The notes beneath the pieces were generated by a model. The model was not told where the DNA came from and searched no databases. It worked only from the letters and a program-made list of their open reading frames with translations. The translations under genes and the position numbers were made by a program. Of a stretch of DNA of 64,000 nt, positions 25,276 through 38,726 are shown one piece after another. The first letter of the stretch is position 1. Each line of letters starts with the position of its first letter. This DNA is from Octopus sinensis (taxonomy: Eukaryota): the NCBI RefSeq assembly GCF_006345805.1, contig NC_042999.1, positions 132,308,001 through 132,372,000 on the forward strand, given 5' to 3'.

Positions 25276-25550
25276 TCATCAAGTACCTGTCAGATAAGAC
25301 CCCACCACCTCAACTGAGTGGGGTGTAAACTGGAGAGATAAGAAGCTATGATAGCAGGACAAGGAGCAGATGAGTGTGTGTGTGTGTGTGTACATATTTG
25401 ATGGGTTTCTGTTCAGCTTTTGTCATTCAAATCTATTCAAAAGTGTTTTGTCAGACTGAGGCTGTAATAGAGGACATTTGTCCAAAGTGCCATGCACACA
25501 CATATACTTGCATGCACGTTTATCTGTGAAAGTGAAGAGGACCATATAAT

Positions 25551-25908
25551 CCAGGGGTGTGGTTCTTAACTGGGGTCCACATTGCCCCTGAGGGTCCATA
25601 TAAGATTTTGGATGGGGTCCATTCAACAAAATAGTAAACTGGGGATCCAGGATAGCATTTTAAGGGCCCTTGAAAAAATTTTGCTTTTGATGTATATATT
25701 GGTATGTATTGCAAGAAACAGTTGGGTTTCTTTTTTTAACATTTCACATAGTTCAACCTACACTAATTAATGTGTGAAAAACAAAGTAGAATATTTTGAA
25801 AGACGTTTCTATAAAGCTAGTTTTTAAACATTGAATAGCTTTGGGGGTCCACCAGAATAAAATAGTAATCGAGGGGTTCCATAAATAAAATAATGGTTGA
25901 GAACCCCT
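25551..25908. mobile_element. Degraded hAT-like MITE
   Basis: The ends caggggtgtggttcttaact / ggttgagaacccctg form imperfect TIRs, and ggggtcca motifs repeat internally. Confidence 0.45.
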
Positions 25909-27065
25909 GATCTAGCCATTCTTAAGGATGACTGATGATTCACATGGTCTTTATTTGAGGTGGAGTTGTACATCATCAGCTTTACTCTCTCATTTGAGAC
26001 CATCTTCAATTCAGTGGTAAGACTAGGCTTGGATAACTTGGGATGGAGACAGATGCAGTAGATGACCAAAATGTCTTACTTGTTTCATCTTACTCTCTGC
26101 ACTCCAAAATGCGTTTCAGCAGCTGATTTCCCCTCTGTTTAACCATGAAGGTTTCTTCCGCAGGGTCCACCTGATTCAGTCTTCACATGCATAGGTAGGC
26201 AAGGTCTAATATGCTAATTAATCCATAGCTGGGACCTTAACAGGTGCTATTACTATAGGTCAGAGTAGACTTGGGAATAATAGTGGATAAAAGGTGATTC
26301 CATCTTCCTGGAAATGCTGGAAACTCCTGAACCAGGGCCATACTACTGGGTGCAGTTTAATCATACTTCGGACAATTACATACATACATATATGTATACA
26401 TGCATGCATGTAACCATCCATCCATCCATCCATCCATCCATCCATCCATACATACATGCATACATACATACTTATACATACATAGACTTGTGGTGTGTGC
26501 GAGATTCGAATATAAAGGCACCTACCTTCTCTTCGCTCTGATAGAGACCCTTCAGTGGTAACGGATCCTTCGTCACAGCCCCGACCCGAACGCTAAAGAT
26601 AGCAGCTGCTTCACCCAACCTTAGCAACGTCTTCACATGTCTTAACACCTCGACGACCCTGGTTCGAAAAGCCGAAATCACCGCTCCCTGCGCATGCCTC
26701 ACGGCTACCCTTTCCGGTTGCCCCAACTTCCGGTCAACGCACCCAGCTGCTGGCGTCATCCCACAAGACTCACCTACATACATATTCTCAATAGTTACAC
26801 ATATATTTATGTGTATACATTTCTGAACATGCATTGAATTAAGACCTTTGCAAGAGACTGAGGCAATTTGTTATGCTGTTCTTGTATAATCTAAATACTA
26901 CTGAGCCACATCAACTAATTAAAGATATATGTTTGTCACATTATAACTGATCTGTGACATGTGTTGTTCCAAAACAAGTCTTGTATTTTTTTTCATCCTC
27001 TTTGGATAAAGAATTTGTTTAGTGTTTACCAAAGTTGAGTAGTTAATATGAAGTATACACAGTTC

Positions 27066-27322
27066 TGTTCAGTAAGTCATTTTCTTCTAAAAACATTATC
27101 ACCTTCTTTCTGATGGTGCACTCCAAGATTTTACTGATATGTGAAGCCAGAGAGATAAGCCTGTAGTTTTTGGCCTCCGCTCTGCTTCCACCTTTGTGGG
27201 TAGGGCATATAATGCCTTCTTTTAGCTTTTTAGGAAGTTTACCACTTGCAAGGAAACTTTGGAAAAGAGTGTAGTGGGTGCTTTTATGTGCCACCGGCAC
27301 AAGGGCCAGTCAGGTGGTACTA
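27066..27322 (-). mobile_element. Chimeric fragment: RTE 3' UTR piece fused to about 205 bp of CR1-like RT sequence
   Basis: 27066-27270 nearly duplicates 28915-29115. 27270-27322 matches the RTE UTR repeat (ggtggcacataaaagcacccactacactc). Confidence 0.8.
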
Positions 27323-28479
27323 AGAATAAATTCAAATTTGAATTAGAAGTAGCACTAGCATTATGAACACTGTTGACCACACATACTCAATGCATGAGCA
27401 TTGCTTGTTCACTGGTAGGCTATGGGTTAGTGCAGTGGAGAAGGATGACGCCCACAAAACACCTGAAAGTCATTGATGGTTGAGACAAGTGATCAAGGTA
27501 AGCACATACATCAAGTATGTGAGGCCTATTACGTTTACAATACTAGTGCTGCTTCTTATTAATATTTGAATCTATTTTTATGTCTGCATCATTGTAGCAT
27601 ACCAGCAAATGGTTTTTACATTATTTGTTTGCCTCTGATTCGGTTTCAGTATGTGTTGCTATGCCACAAAAATGGTGAGAAATCAATGTCCTTCTCTCCT
27701 GAATTGGATATGAGGTGAGTTAACACCTGGAACTTTGAGGGATTCATCCATCCTCACAGCGAACAAGCAAGTAACATACATCGTGTATGTGAGGCTCATA
27801 ATGTTTACAACAATAGTGCTGCTTCTAAATCACATTTGAATTGACCACTAGCCTACGTCCAGATAAACTGATTTGCTATATATGGCTCTACCTAATTTAT
27901 TAATGTTATTTAGCTTCTTCTTCTTCTTCTTCTTCTTCTTCTTCTTCTTCACTTTCATCTTCTTCTACTCACTTTTTCCTCTCCTGCTTCTTCTGCATAT
28001 TCTTCCTGTTGATCCCCACACACCCATAATCCCTACACAACTTACTCATCTCATAACCACACCTTTATCTTTTGTTTCCTCCCAATATAAGCCAAAAAAA
28101 AAAACAATGTCTGGCAGACACACAGTGTGATAACACACCTTTGATTCAAGCCTGATGAAGTTTCTCTTTAATGTCTAGAACCGCAAACATTACGTAAATT
28201 TTCACTTTGAATATTTGCATAAACAAACATTGTAAGTAGTGTTGGTACAGAAACAATTGTAATGAATCATTAACGATGTTAAAGAATTTTCTTTGTCATG
28301 TTATTTGGATCATATATGATACATACAAATACACACACACACACACACTCTTATTCTTTTACTCGTTTCAGCCATGTGGCTGCAGTTGTGCTGGAGCACC
28401 ACTGTGATCTTGCTGATTTCCTCAGTCTGGGGTGTTTTGCATTACCACTCCTGTATGTGCCTTTTTATATTGAGTTCAG

Positions 28480-31400
28480 GTCCTGCTGTAAGCTTGCAAT
28501 GTCATCCTGGCTTTTTATTACCTATGATAATTTTGTATCATCAGCGTAACTAGTGGCAGTAGCTGTCTGAGTGACCATGAGCATGTCTAAGAGGGCTATT
28601 ATGAATAGTAATGGCTCCAGAACAGTTCCCTGGAGGACACCACTTAGGATTTGAGTTTTCTCAGAAAGGGCACCATTGGCTGCAACTGCCTGACTTCTGT
28701 TTTTAAGGAAGTCATGCAGCCACTCTTCCAGTTTACTAGCAATGTCAGTCTTGCAGCTTATGATATATAATGCCGTCATCTACCACATCAAAAGTTTTTG
28801 CAAAGTCAAGGTATATCATCTTAATGGTCAAGCTGCTGTTTCAAAACCCCATCATAGTGCTGTTGGAGCTGTGTGAAGCAGGTTCTTTCTGGATGAAAGC
28901 CATGCTGTGTATTGTTCAGTAAGTCATTTTCTTCTAAAAACATTATCACCTTCTTTCTGATGGTGCACTCCATGACTTTACTGATATGTGAAGCCAGAGA
29001 GATTGGCCTGTAGTTTTGGGCCTCTGCTCTGCTTCCACCTTTGTGGATAGGGCATATAATGCCTTCTTTTAGCTTTTTAGGAAGTTTACCATTTGCAAGG
29101 AAACTTTGGAAAAGTATCTGAAGTGGTTTCATTAAAGCCTGCTTACATAAATTCAGGAGAATAGCTGGGAAGCCATTAGAACCAGTTACAGAACTTGAAC
29201 TAATTTCATCTATGGATGCTGTTATATCTGTCTCCTCAATGTTGATGTAATCAATGATTGGCCCCTCCCATTTTAGAGCTGCAATATTAAAGAATTCAGC
29301 TGGGTTTTTTAATCTGCATGTGTCCAGGGGGCAGGGAGTGAAGACACTTTTAAATTGTTTACTGAGTACCTCACTTATCCCCTCTGGGTCTGTAGTTAGT
29401 GAGCCATTCCATTGGCCCACTATATTGTATTGTGGTTGTTTCTTTTGCAAATTTATAGAAAGTTTTAGGGTTTGTTTTTATGCTTTCCACAGCTCTGTTC
29501 TCTCTCTCTCTCTCTCTCTCTCTGCTCTTACCTATTCATGAGAGAGTTTGATCTTGCTTTCGATTTCTAGGAGTGTCTGTACTAAAACAGACTTCTCCCT
29601 ATCCTTCTATAGCCGTCTATTCAGCTGGTTTGAAACCTTTGATCTGCGTCTCATAAGGATTTTCCTATCCCTGGGAATCTTGTTTGTCGGTATGCTAGCC
29701 TCCCTTTCCCGGGTGTATTTATTAGTGCATATAGTTTGCACTGTTGACATAAACTGGCTGAGTTTCAAGTCAATGTCTTTGCATACATAGGATGCCGGAC
29801 CAGTTTCGTTTGTGGATCTCTTTGCAGATTGATTCCCATTTTGCTTTAGTGAAATTCAGGCTAGATGTTGCTTGAGTCTTCCTGATAGGGTAGTTACCAG
29901 CAGTTTGCTTAGGACCATACATACATAGTTCCATAATGTTGTGGTCTGAGAGTGCTGTGTCACCCTTACAGTATGAATAAGGTCCATATTATTTGTGAAG
30001 CAAATGTCTAAGATGTTATTTCCCCTGGTTGGCATGAGTATTACTTGTCCATCAACAGCATATCTATATATATAAAACTGTAGTTGTGTGAGTGTCTGTC
30101 TCCTACGATTTAGATTCCTAACTCCTCCCACATTTTGCGGTGCAGTTTAACCAAATTCGGGTATCTTATAGTCGTGATTAATATCGAGCCCGTCTGGCTA
30201 TTAGCGCGCGTCTACGATGAGTCTACGATTTTAAAAATAATTTAACATAATTTTTTATTCCATTTTAATGCATAATTTTTCGTGTGTCGATGGCGGCGGA
30301 GTTGGCGTCCATGGTCACACCTGCACCTGTTTGCTTCTCCCCCTTCTTCCCTCCCTCGGGAAGCTGTGGGGAAGGGAGTTTAAGGAAATCAACGTCGCAA
30401 TGCGTTGTCAAGGAGACCAGCGTTCTTTTAGAACAACGACTTCATGGCTTGAAGACACCGAAACAGAAATGGCTAAGAAAGCCCGAATTGGCATCTATAA
30501 AGGAAGTAACTCTCTAAAAATGCTTATATAGTTATTTCCCTTACAAACCCGAGCAACGCCGGGCGATACTACTAGTTAGTAATAATTCTATATGTGCTTT
30601 TGTTCATGTAGTGACATCCCAGAGAGAATGTGGCTTTCCAGTCATTTAACATTTGGGAAGTTGAAGTCACCCAGAAGTATATTGACGTGCTGATCAAGAT
30701 TTGTCAATACCTCTTCTATGTGGCTGAGACTATCCTCAAATTTGTCGTCATATTTCATGGTATTTGACAGATGATATATTGTGATATATTGTGCATACAG
30801 CTACATCAACTTGTTTTATATGTCTTATCAAGGTGTCACAAACTGAGTTTGAAAGTGACAGTAATACAAGAGGTGTGACATCTTCACGGATGTACATAGC
30901 AACTACACTGTGACTTCTTTCTCTTCTGTCTGTATGAAATACAGCATACCCGGGTATATGTACTTCTGCATCTGTTATATTAGGGATTAGATGCATCTCT
31001 GCGAGTGCCATACATATTGCTTGATTGCATGCAGCAAGCTCTTTCAGGTATAGGATTTTACCTCTGTTGCTGAGCTTTAACAGACCTTCAATGTTCAATA
31101 GGAATAAGGGCGTGATATCTGGGTAGGTGTTTGTGGTGCCATCCTGGGCCTGTCACCTGAGATGGGCTTGTGCATTGAAATGCATGGCTTTGAGTTTGCA
31201 TCCTGTGCATCCATGTTAGATGCATCACTATTTTCTGGGCCTTTAAAAAAAAGACTGTTGTTTGATAGCTGCAGTTTGTACAGCCTCCGCATATTGCTTT
31301 TTGAGGGGTGCAGAGTGTATGCACTGATCTCTTTTCCTACTCTTTTGAGATGCATTTCTTCCTGTTGGTGCACTATTACTCTGGAGGTCCATGCTTGATG

Positions 31401-31560
31401 ATTTCCATCTATGGTGTTGCTGGTTTCGTTTCAGGTGGTTACGCCACTGGTTGTTCCAATAAGATTTGGGATGGGCAAAGCTGCAGCCCATATATACGAC
31501 AAGATGGAATAGACAGGACAAGAAGAGGTCATGTGGTGATGAAAGAACTCTGCCAAATAA
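28480..31560 (-). mobile_element. CR1/Jockey-group LINE remnant (ORF1 end, APE, RT), interrupted by a Helitron-type insertion
   Basis: APE: IPGYAVFHTDR, PTRGNNILDICFTN. RT: NYRPISLASH, QHGF, SGVLQGTVLEP, YADDTK. Frameshifted and 3'-truncated. Confidence 0.9.
30063..30575 (+). mobile_element. Non-autonomous Helitron, 513 bp
   Basis: A|TC...CTAG|T termini, subterminal hairpin cccgagcaacgccggg, no TSD. Near-identical copy at 43093-43605. Confidence 0.88.
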
Positions 31561-31765
31561 ACTAATAATAATTATGCTAAAGTGAAGATCAAATAAATAG
31601 TGCTTGTTTATTGGCAAAATGACCATCCCCATCTATGAATATATATATTTTGGATAGTATACCTATTCTATTGACAGATATACGAGTGCATTTTTTTCCT
31701 GACTCATGGTCTGTTAGACGACTCAGGTATATGTGTGCATGTGTACACACACATACACATGTCTA

Positions 31766-33937
31766 TCTATATATAAAAGTGAGGTTGTGTGTGTGTAAAC
31801 CCACATATCTTCTGAAGTTTGCAACTGATTTTCTCCAAAATGGGAACATACCTTTCTTATGTTTCAGAGATGGTTTTAGACTCTTAAAACTTTTCACATA
31901 ATGTGTAATGGGCTCTCTGGAGGCAGAAAATACCTTTTCCTGGATTACGTGGAGAAGGGAGTTAACTCTTTGTGAAGTAACTTTCAGAAATTGTTTGTTT
32001 CTCTTACATCTAGCATGATTAACCCGCTGAACATTTTTCATCTTTTTAAAATATTGATATGAAGAAAGGCTGAAGGCGCTCGACCTTTATTCTCTAGAAA
32101 AACGACGACACCGTGCTGATCTCATTCTCGCTCACAACATCATAAGCGGAAAGTGTAACCTCTCGAAAGAGCTGTTCTTCACTCCTGCTCCAGAGCGTCG
32201 GCTGCAGGGTCTCTCCAAAAAGCTCTATCTGCGACGATTTCATCCCAATCAAAGGAGAGGGGCTTTCTCTGTCTGGGTTGAGATCTGTGGAATAAGCTGC
32301 CGGACGAGATAGTGAAGATGCCGACGACCGCTCGGTTCAAAGACTCTCTTGACCAGAAATGGCCTGAACTCTTTGCATGAACACCCTCCCTGTACATAAC
32401 TCCATGTCCTCTTACATGGCCTTGCTTTTGCTTTTTGAGCCAAAAAATTAACTTAACTTAACTTAATGTTTTTTTTTTTATTGACAGTTAATTATTAACA
32501 TAAATATCATCTCAGTTCATTGTATGTATTTCTTAAAATTTGTTAAGATATTGACGTTATATACCATTTTATATTGCCATTTCATTATTAACGCACAATT
32601 GTCATCTCATTTTATTACATCATATTTCTTGACATAATGTCTCCAAACAGGAGATCCTCCATTGGTTGAAAAATTGTCACAATCTCAAATGGCAGTGTGA
32701 AAGAGCAATACTGGCTCCAGTAAAACAGCACTGTAAGTAAAATTAATGAGCAGCTGCTGCAGTACCTTCCTAGAAGTCCTTACATCTATGAGTTGATACA
32801 ATCCCAGATCCAGAAGTGGTAAATTATCCAACAGAATTTCTCAATTCATTGGAGCCTCCAGGACTATTTCCCCACAGATTGGAACTTAAAGTGGGAACTC
32901 CAGTAATGTTATTGAGGAATTTGGATCCACCAACACTCTGCAGTGGGACACACCTTTTGGTAAAGATGATGCTACATGTTATTGAGACCACCATTCTCTC
33001 TGGATGTGGAAAAGGAAAGGATGTTTTCATATCCTAGATTCCTCTCATTCCATCAGGAGCAGAAATTCCTTTTTCATTCAGAAGAGTGCAATTTCCTATT
33101 TGTATCAGCTTCGCAATGTCTATCAATAAATCCCAGGATCAAACACTGTTTGTGGTAGGACTTCACTTGGAAGAGTTGTGTTTCTCACATGACAATTAAA
33201 TGTCGGCTGCTCTAGAGTGGGAAGCACAAAAAAACAAATCTATTTGCTAGGGAAAATAAAGAATATTGTTTATCAAGCGGTTTTGTAAGAATTACTACAT
33301 CCTATGATGCGCTCCAATATCCACTGCCCATTGTGAATGGTGAAGATGGATACCATTTCAGCATAATACCAACAAACCCGAAGACTGCATCAGCAAAGTA
33401 GTTTCCGTCATGGATTTTAGTATCAAAGTGTATTCTCCAATTACTCCCACCAACCACATGGTAAGACATTACACCTTATTTTTTCAAGTAATTCATTATT
33501 ACATATTCTCATGTGACAGCATAGGCTCAGTTATGTTTACGATGGTTGACAGTATTAGATGCAGCGCCGATCGTCGCAAAGGAGAGTATATCCACTGACA
33601 GTTTTTCAGTGCGTCTAAAATTCACCTACCCCCTACCCCAATTTTCCATGACAGGTTAAGGCCTGGAATCTTCCAAGTGGAGGCATGACATGTCGCTTAG
33701 ATGAATTAGCCCATTATTTACTCCACAAATGTTTTGTTGTCAATGCTGCACTTCATGGTATCACTGTAATATATATACATCTTCTTTCTTTCCTTTCCTG
33801 AGCATCCAATAACACTATACTTGTTCCATGTCCTCGTGTTGTTGTGTTTTCGCTTTGTTCATGTTTGGAGTAACTATATATATATATCTACAAACTATGC
33901 CACCTTAATCCTGAGCAACGCCGGGCATCTCTGCTGG
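31766..33937 (+). mobile_element. Helitron deletion derivative carrying helicase and Rep-region remnants
   Basis: 5' A|TCTATATATAAAA; 3' cctgagcaacgccggg...CTGG|T. PIF1-type helicase C-terminus at about 32660-33287 (ERAILAP, NYPTEFLNSLEPPG, KVGTPVMLLRNLDP, FAMSINKSQ, KNIVYQAVL*). SYDALQYP...GEDGYHF motif at about 33300. Confidence 0.85.
32055..32465 (+). mobile_element. CR1-clade LINE 3' fragment nested in the Helitron
   Basis: YEERLKALDLYSLEKRRHRADLI, WNKLP, tail (TTAAC)n. Confidence 0.88.
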
Positions 33938-34051
33938 TGTGTGTGTGTGTGACACACACACACACACACACATTAATATACAAGTGTGTGTGTGTGTGCT
34001 CCCGCATGAACGTTGAAGTATGGCTGAATTGAATCATAAGAGAAATAATTA

Positions 34052-34196
34052 GGAGTGGCTGTGTGCTTACCAGCCACATGGTTCCGGGTTCAGTCCCACT
34101 GCGTGGCACTTTGGGCAAGTGTCTTCTACTATAGCCTCGGGCCGACCAAAGCGTTGTGAGTGGATTTGGTAGGCGGAAACTGAAAGAAGCCCGTCG

Positions 34197-34239
<43 letters not shown>

Positions 34240-34410
34240 CAACCGATGCTGGATGCTGGTGTGTTTACGTCCCCGTGACTTAGCGGTTCGGCAAAAAACA
34301 GACCGATAGAATAAGTACTAGGCTTACAAAGAATAAGTTCTGGGGTCGATTTGCTCGACTAAAGGCGGTGCTCCAGCGTGGCCACAATCAAATGCCTGAA
34401 ACAAGTAAGA

Positions 34411-34412
<2 letters not shown>
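34052..34412 (+). mobile_element. SINE family A, full length
   Basis: Same structure as the other family A copies. Confidence 0.85.
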
Positions 34413-34455
<43 letters not shown>

Positions 34456-35781
34456 ATTTTGTGAATATGTGTATTTGTTGACAATGAGCTGGCCATCCAG
34501 ATGAGTAACTATCCTTCATATTTGAAACATATTTTCTCTGCCGTGTTCAGTGCTAAAAAAAAAAAATCTAAGATACCTGACACGAAAGAGAAAGATGAGA
34601 GATAACCAGCAATGTAAATCTGATGTAAGGCAATCATTTTGCTGTCAGCATTTAATCGATGCTCGCAGAAAAGCTGTACAGGCTACGTGCAATTGACTGC
34701 TCTACTTGACGACTTCAACATTTAAAACTACTGCTGCTATTTACTGCTTGGTCTAGTTTGCAAGAAAAACAATTACCAAAGAGATATCGGGTTTCCGAAA
34801 TTTATATACTTCCTCCCGTCATATAATGAGGTCATGTTTGTTACACGACACATATTAAGAGATCAGAAACAAACAAGACCCTCTTTCGCGTATATTCATC
34901 GTTAAATTGTAGACGGCTCTCATAATGATAAATAAAATAAAATCTGCATTGAAAACGGAGAGCATTTTAATGAGAGAGGAGGCGAAAGGGAGAAAGAGAG
35001 AGTTCAGAGAAAGAGAGAGAGGATGAGAGAGTTCGGAGAAAGCGATCGTTCAGAGAAAGAGAGAGAAGATGAGAGTTCGGTGAAAGAGAACGAGAGTGCG
35101 TGCGCGCGCGTGTGTTTGCGTGTGTGCGTGTGTGTGTGTTTGCGTGTGTGCGTGTGTGTGTGTGTGTGTGTACACAGAGAAATAGTGAGAGGGAGAGAAA
35201 GTGCAGAGAAATAATGGAAGGGAGAGAGAGTGCAGAGAAATAGAGACTGAGAAAGAGAAACATAGTGGTGAAGAAAAAACATTTCTCTCTCTCTCTCTCT
35301 CTCTTTCTGACATATTCCTCTCTTGGCTCCACAGCGACAACAGATCCGTTCTTCATACAAAAATGCTTGGCGTTTTCAGAAATTATCATTTTTTCTCCTC
35401 ACCTTCTCCCCTCTCTCTCCCTCTCTCTCTCGCTTTCTTTGCTTCTCTCTCTCATCCTGTCTTTTATTATTCTAATATATCTCACACTCGGCCTTCACAC
35501 AAGTACCTACCTAACAACACAAAGCACCGGCAGGCAGTATGATAAAAGAAAACCTCACATTCAAAGGCATCTTATCTGTCTGTCTGTCTGTCTGCCTGCG
35601 TATTTATTTAAGCAAAACAACCAAGTGGGAAAAAAAAGTACACGCATTGTTTAAAAATACTAACACTCACACACACACACACACAAACACACACACCGAT
35701 AAACAAAACATACAACCAAGTGGGAGAGTACATACACATTGTGTAGAAAACACAAAGTGGTAGGAGGAATATGAAGTTATA

Positions 35782-37039
35782 CAGGGGTGGGACAAAATAA
35801 TGGAAACACCTAGATTCATAAGCATCATAATTTTGAAATATCTATTAAACCGTCAAAAGCTTGTTTATTTTTGTGTTTTTTTATTTATTATTAGTGTTGC
35901 TTAATATGTTTTGCTAAAATTGCTGTTTCTTTTCAGATATCATCAGAAAAAGGTAATTAAAATTCATTAAAATGACAGATCTATAGGACTTTCAAAGTGG
36001 TCAAATTGTTGGTGCTCGTATGACAGGCGCTAGCATGAAAGAAAATGGCTGAAATGTTTGGTATTTATAGAAGTACTGCCTCGAAAGTAATGACAGCCTT
36101 TAAGAGAGAGGGGGGAAAAACCTTCTCGTCGAAATAAAACTCCGGAAGAAAGCCAAAACTTTCAGATAGGGATCGTCAGATTCTTACGTGAATTGTTAGA
36201 TAGGATCACAAAAGTACAGCTCACAAAATTACTGCAGAGCTTTATGACCACCTCGAGAACCCAGTTTCCACAAACATTATTCGCTGGGAGCTGCACAAAG
36301 CCGGATTTACGGGAGGGCTGCAATTAGAAAACCACTACTTTCAAAAACAAACGTTGCAAAGCGTTTAGAGTGGAATAAAAACCTCCAGAATTGGTCCCTA
36401 GAGCAGTGGAAGAATGTTATTTTCTTGGACGAGTCATCCTTTACCTTGTTTCCAACCACCGGCCAAGTATACGTGTGGAGACAGGCAAAAGAAGCATTTG
36501 ACCCAGACTGCCTTCTTCCAACAGTTAAACATGGAGGAGGATCTGTTGGGGCTATATCTTGGAAATCCGCCAGCCCAATGGTTTCCTTTTATGGCAGAAT
36601 TAATAGTCAGGATTATTTAAGCATTTTATCTGATCAAATTCATCCTTTGGTTGCGGAACTGTTTCCGGAGGGAAATGCAATCTTTCAGGATGATAATGCA
36701 CCAATTCACACAGCTAAAGTTGTTACTGAATGGCACGAGGAACATTCTAGTGAACATCTTATCTGGCCACCACTGTCCCCAGATCTCAATATTATTGAAG
36801 ATTTATGGTGCATTTTAGAAAAACAAGGAGTCGATATCCTTCACCATAATCACTACAAGAACTGGAGACTGTTTTAGCTGAGGAATGGACAAAAATTCCT
36901 TTAGAAACAATTCAATCTTTGTACGAGTCCATACCTCGTAGAATTCAAGCTGTAATTACTGTCAAAAGCGGTCCTATCGCATATTAGAACAAATTCGTTT
37001 GAAACTTTAAGGTGTTTACATTATTTTGTCCAACCCCTA
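35782..37039 (+). mobile_element. Full-length Tc1-type element (DD34E as read), transposase pseudogene
   Basis: TIRs caggggtgggacaaaataatggaaacacct / aggtgtttacattattttgtccaacccct, TA on the left. Motifs DESSF, FQDDNAPIH, WPPLSPDLNIIE with 34 residues between D and E. The N-terminal part has stops and frameshifts. Confidence 0.93.
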
Positions 37040-37137
37040 CAGATTTGATAGACTTGTGATCAAGGGCGTCCGACCGTGACCTTTCTATTCTCATCAAAGC
37101 CACCAGAGTCAATGTGCCTAGTTGTTTGTTATTGAGC

Positions 37138-37535
37138 TGACAGAATCGTTAGCGCGCCAGGTAAAAAAAAAAAAAAATACTTAGTGGCATTTCGTCTGTC
37201 TTTACGTTCTGAGTTCAAATTGCACCGAGGTCGATTTTGCCTTTCATCCTTTTGGGATCGAGGAAATAAGTACCGGTGAAACACTGGAATCAGTGTAATT
37301 GACTTGTTCCTTCTCCCAAAGTTTCAGACCTTGTGCCTATAGTAGAAAGGATTACACTGGACAAAATGCTTAGCAGCATTTCGTCTGTCTTCATGTTCTG
37401 AATTCAAATTCCGCCGAGGTCAACTTTGCCTTTCATCCTTTCGGGGTCGCTAAATTTAGTATCAGTGAAACACTGGAGTTGAATCCCCTCCTACCACCGA
37501 AAAAATTTCAGGCCTTGTGCCTTTAGTAGAAAGGT
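37138..37535 (+). mobile_element. Two tandem copies of tRNA-derived SINE family B (other copies at 38727-38945 and 42190-42415)
   Basis: Repeated gcagaatcgttagc...gcatttcgtctgtc...gagttcaaatt...ctttgcctttcatcctt...ggtcga...aagtacc unit. Confidence 0.8.
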
Positions 37536-37539
37536 ATTT

Positions 37540-38530
37540 CTGCAGCTAATTTCTTTAACGGAGCTGCAGTCCTGGGTAAAGCAGAGATTGATGGGGAGCA
37601 TTTGGAAAGTGGAATGTCTTCAAGCGCCCACAGCCCTCAGTCAATCGGACACTGCGATATGTGGAACGTCTACTTTAGCTTTTTATAGAGGAGTAGTGGA
37701 GAGAAAGTGCGACGACGTTCTTGAGGAGACCTTAGGTATCGAAGATCAGCTAGTCGCTCTTTCCAGAGAACTTTCGGTCCGGGACCGATGGATAATTTCC
37801 AAAAGTCTATGGCCTGGCAGTGCTACCGGGGAGCTTCACCTGTTCGAGATAAACTTTAAAGGCGCAGAAGTGTCGTCAGCCAAGCATGTCCGAAATGTGT
37901 GCAGGACGATGAGACAGTCCTGTATGCATTCGTCCAGTGCCCTAGCATTGCTGACCTGTGGGTTTATGTCGAATACCTGCTGTCGCGTATAGGACGGATC
38001 CGGCTGTCAACTGAAACCATAGTGAAAATCGCACCGCCACCTTCCTTTAACCGGGAAGGAAAGCTGTGTTTATATATGCCTGGTGGCAATGGAGAAAGAA
38101 ATTGTATGGTGGACGAGATTGAAGAGGCTGAAGACAAACACCTTTCTCTTTGATCAATCCCTAATCGACTTCTTCAAGATTCACTTGAAAAGGAAAATAA
38201 GGGTACATGGGGGAAGTGTTGTCTTCTAGCCAGTTGGCTGAAAAGTGGATGAAAATGATGAGAATGGTACGAGTGAACAGATCTGCCCTGAGCATACGTC
38301 TGTAGTTAGAAAAAAGGAAAGAGAACGAAGCACCTGTCCCAAAAGTCAGGGTACCTATGGTTTTTATGGGGCTTTTCCATGAGCAACCCTCGAACGTCTC
38401 CTCCCTATTGAGGATTAAACATTGTTGATAGTTTTTGAAAAAAAATTGTTAGTCTTGTTTACACGCAAAACCCTCACAACACACACTCACACACATTCTT
38501 TGTTTTGTCCTGTATTGTCCATAATGCTTT
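37540..38530 (+). mobile_element. 3' fragment of a Tx1/L1-type LINE, same family as 8640-12610
   Basis: TELQSWVK, QDDETVLYAFVQCPSIADLWVYVE, FFKIHLKRKIR. Colinear with 11540-12600. Confidence 0.88.
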
Positions 38531-38726
38531 TCTTAATGTAAATCCTTATGGTTAATAAAGAAATTATTAAAACCCATTGTGTAGTCCCGTTTTTGTCTTT
38601 TATGTTGTTGCATGTCCTTTAATGTCATAGTATGTGAGCCTTCGTAACTAATTCCAAGAATTATTATTATTATATTATTATTATTATTATTATTATTATT
38701 ATCATCATCATCATTATTATTATTAA

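Noticed and set aside
28145-28212. HHR-like CTGATGA...GCAAAC with TTCAAG/TTGAA flanks
   Set aside because: GAAA is broken and stems II and III are not convincing. At best a very decayed relic.
30268-30531. 87-aa ORF present twice (also 43137-43400)
   Set aside because: It lies inside the non-autonomous Helitron. Its conservation reflects recent copying, not coding selection.
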